From Rhynchobatus australiae (taxonomy: Eukaryota): DNA of 64,000 nt. This document shows positions 60,472 through 64,000 of this stretch, piece after piece. The DNA is taken from the NCBI GenBank assembly GCA_034780895.1, contig JAUZTB010000135.1, positions 80,659,451 to 80,723,450 of the forward strand, given 5' to 3'. Below the pieces are notes generated by a model that did not search any database, was not told where the DNA came from, and saw only the letters and a list, made by a program, of their open reading frames with translations. The first letter of the stretch is position 1, and every line of letters begins with the position of its first letter. The translations under genes and the position numbers were made by a program.

Positions 60472-62279
60472 NNNNNNNNNNNNNNNNNNNNNNNNNNNNN
60501 NNNNNNNNNNNNNNNNNNNNNNNNNNNNNNNNNNNNNNNNNTATCAATATTATGTTTTATTTCCCACATGAAAATGTCATTGTTATTATTCTGAATTTAA
60601 GGTGATGACTCATTGATTTATAACCTCCAAATAAATATTAAAAATCCTAGAAGCAGTAATCACATAGAAACTTAAAATTGGATTTAAATGTATTAACAAC
60701 TTGAAAAAGACTGTGCACTGTAGAGGCTTTACTCCTTAAATTAGTACTACATTGTGCATTTTATGCCAACATCTTTATTGAGTTATTTCATCAAAAGTAT
60801 TCTCCCTCTTACACATGAGCTTGAGGGATAATTTGCCCCTTGTCCTGCATGAGTACAACATGTAGCTTATGGCATCCAACGTTATAGGAAAAGGATGAAC
60901 GCAAGGCTAGGAGGAAGTCTTAATAAGCTAAGTCAGTTTATCATATCAGTGATAGTACTTAATCATAGCAATCCTTCCCATTATAAAAATAATGTATTTA
61001 AAAGTATGCTAATACTAGAAAGTGGAATATTTTATTCATATGGATTGAACAATGATTCACAAAGTATTAGATTTCATTAATAATTGCAGATTGCCACCTA
61101 CTTAAAGACAGTGCAATGGACTAAATTAACGAAAGATAGATCAGAGGCATGGAATGCACTTTCTGGCCTCATAAGAGGCAGATCAGAAAGTCTACACCAG
61201 AAGATAAGACTTAACAACAGGGAAAAAATATCTTTGATTATAAAATTAAATATTCATCAAGAGAGTATAATAGTTATCTATTATTGTGTGAAGTACTGAA
61301 GCTATCCAAACTGTAAGAGTTATTACAGCAATAACTAAAACAGGAATATTATTCTATAATTTTCCATCACAATAAATATTCCTCTGTAGAAAAAGCAAAG
61401 TACTAACTAGTATTGAGAGAATTTTGAGAAGACTAGCTTTTAACTGTATGTAAAGAAATGTGCTAAAAGTTTCACCTATAAACACATGACTATCTTTTGC
61501 ACTCTAGTGTCCTAATGTTACTAAGGCCATTCTGTCTGCTTTTCATCAGCAACAAATGTCCTTTTCACACTTTAGGCAGACGATGTTACTTCTTTCATGC
61601 TGTCAACTTGGAGATCTGGAGAGGTACTTGAGAAGATGTGACAATTATGCAGCAAACATGACTAATCATTAATGTGCACATTACATGGCTAACTCTGCTT
61701 ATCAAATGGTAAAGGCATCTGAAATAAATTTTCCACTTCTAACACTTCTGGTTCTTCTCATGCCCTTCAGATTATTTTTCTCACACACAACATAGTGTTT
61801 TTTAATTACTGCCTTGGAGAGTTTTGACCTTGTGAATATCTGTGAAATAAAAATTGATATAATGCTTACATACTTGTAGCAACTTAAAGGAAATAATTTG
61901 TGCCTTTCTTTCGATTCTCCCATTTCAGAGTTCACATCTAATTTTGTATATTTATACTTATGTTTATTCTAGATGGAACTGTGTCAGTGACCGATGGGGA
62001 AAACAGCAGGAGTAATTAGTAGTTTGTGTCTGTTCTTTAAAAGTGCAGGTCTTGTGCATAAATAACCTTAACATTTATGTAGACCTAAAGTTTTAAAACT
62101 CTACAATTTTAGCATTTCTCTAAACACTATTAAAAAGATAACTTAGTTAATCTAAAGTATAAATGGTTATCTTCATTTCTGAATGTAGTTGAACATATAT
62201 AGAGTAAATCCATAGCCCATAAAGGATAAACAGTGCAACTCCATTTTAAATTTTAATGTCAATGTATGACTATTCTGAA

Positions 62280-62745
62280 TAAACAGAAGCTCACAGCCCT
62301 CCATTCCTGCTTCTGCTTGGCTGGTCTACCTCAATATCATATTCCCACCATTTCCCATACCCCTTGATATCTTTTGTATCTTGTAACCTATCTATCTCTT
62401 TCTTAAATATATGCATTAAATTGGCTATCACCATCTTCTGTGGTAGAGATTTTCATAATTTCACCACCCCTGACTGAAGAAGTTTGCCCTTGTCTCAATC
62501 CTATACATCTTGCCCTGCATACTAACACCCGTCACCGCTCATCTCCTCTGCGTCTTGTCTGCCTTTGGCATGCTTCAATGAGATCTCTTCTGAGTTTTCA
62601 AATCTCAAGTGAACATAGGCCTAGTTGACCCAACCGCTCCTCATTCTCTCAACAGTCCTGCCATCCTAGTCTGATGAACATTTACTGTACTCTCTCTAAA
62701 TCAAATACATCCTTCCTTAGGTAAGGAAACCAGAACTGCTCATGG
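62280..62745 (-). mobile_element. CR1 LINE 3' relic
   Basis: ttcccataccccttgatatc...tgtggtagagattttcataatttcaccaccc...catccttccttaggtaaggaaaccagaactg, reverse complement of CR1 C-terminal motifs. Confidence 0.55.
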
Positions 62746-63847
62746 TTGTTTACTTCACAAATGATGTCCTCAATTATCTTGACCAAAGAAAACAATCTTA
62801 AATCCTAAATGCAAGATGAAAATGTTCCTCATTGGACTACTGCAGTCCATCTCCTTTGTACATTTGTCCTTTGAACACTTTCTATACTCTAGGATTTCGC
62901 TCACAAGGCAGACATCCTAAAATACTGGTCTGAAAAAGACAATCATGTTCTGGATTTCCTGAATGATCTCCACCCCTACTATCAGCATGGTGAATAATGG
63001 CTTCTACACAATTGGGTATGTTAAAGAATCATAGTTCCAATGGCTGGGGATCTAATTACATACCACTTAGCATTTTGGTTAGTCTTCCTGAAAGTTACAG
63101 GAAAATGAAAAGAATGTGAAATATTATGGAACTATGGTTTACAATATGAACAAATTGTGATTTCTGCTGTCTCTAGTCAGTGCACCACAGATATAGCACT
63201 TATGTCACCAAAACTGCATAAGCTTGCCAGTTTAACACTAACTATGGTGCAGAGTTTCATAGTGGATGCTTTCATTAGAGATGAGATCCATCCTCTTAAA
63301 TGGACCTTCTGAGAGTTGGGTCAGATCAATATCAACCAATAAGACTATTTCTTAAGCAGATCTTTTGGCAACCTCACAGAATAAACAGCTGTTAGTATTC
63401 TATTGCAGGAGTGAAAACAGTCGAGCTGTTTTCNNNNNNNNNNNNNNNNNNNNNNNNNNNNNNNNNNNNNNNNNNNNNNNNNNNNNNNNNNNNNNNNNNN
63501 NNNNNNNNNNNNNNNNNNNNNNNNNNNNNNNNNGTGTTCTTCCATGGTCTGCCAACTTTCTGGAACAGGAAGTTCTTTCACGCCTTCCCTCTTATATTCA
63601 AGATCACACACAAAATCCGATTGAAATGAACCAGATTTGTTTAAATAGCCCTTCACTAGCCAAGGAGGAGTCAGATTGCAGTTTTACTGACCTCAAGTAT
63701 GAATGAACCCTTTCACATCCTGTATAAATGGAGTGCCATGCCTAGTTTAGCAACTCACAGTGTTTACAAATGATAGTCTGACACCGTCACAAAAAACAAA
63801 TGCAAACTAAATGTAGTTATTAACCTTTTAAAATGATGTAACATCAA

Positions 63848-64000
63848 AGAACATAGCATAAGAAATAGACATAGGAGCAGGCGATATGGTTCCTCAATAA
63901 GGTGATGCTCAATAAGGTGATGGGCTGATACTACACTTCAAGTCCACTTTGTTGCCCAGTCCCTTTTACTTTGATTCCCTCACTGGCAAAAAAAATTCTT
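63848..64000 (-). mobile_element. CR1 3' tail (runs off the window)
   Basis: aacatagcataagaaatagacataggagcagg...caataaggtgatgggctgat. Confidence 0.5.

Noticed and set aside
61702-61935. Minus ORF MNSEMGESKERHKLFP... as a possible upstream stau2 exon
   Set aside because: Does not match the expected ENKGWSGxKxGFPEP-type exon and has a poor acceptor; the upstream exons probably lie beyond the window.

Overview
Eukaryotic draft-assembly DNA (AT-rich, many N gaps). The repeat content (CR1, L2, RTE and Rex/Babar LINE relics, Penelope-like elements, V-SINEs, Deu-domain SINEs) points to a cartilaginous fish, probably a ray/sawfish-like batoid. The whole window lies in the 3' part of the Staufen2 gene (stau2) on the minus strand. 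Two exons are clearly recognisable: the exon ending ...[15 protein letters not shown] (60223-60471+, 5' end in a gap) and the 114-nt exon carrying the middle of dsRBD5 (44418-44531). Downstream, four more exons (39260-39501, 38706-38762, 35328-35391, 52-156) have matching splice phases and join into an open 156-codon insert that would split dsRBD5; the exon with its final helix (AALSALKQ...) is not in the window. The introns also hold a 20-nt micro-exon that can fold over its own 5' splice site, a 28-bp perfect inverted repeat between two insert exons, a candidate alternative last exon and several candidate poison exons. Together these suggest, as a hypothesis only, a structure-controlled splicing hub for the Stau2 C-terminus. 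Most ORF-track entries are noise, repeat relics or N-gap artefacts. All calls were made by eye; repeat boundaries are approximate.
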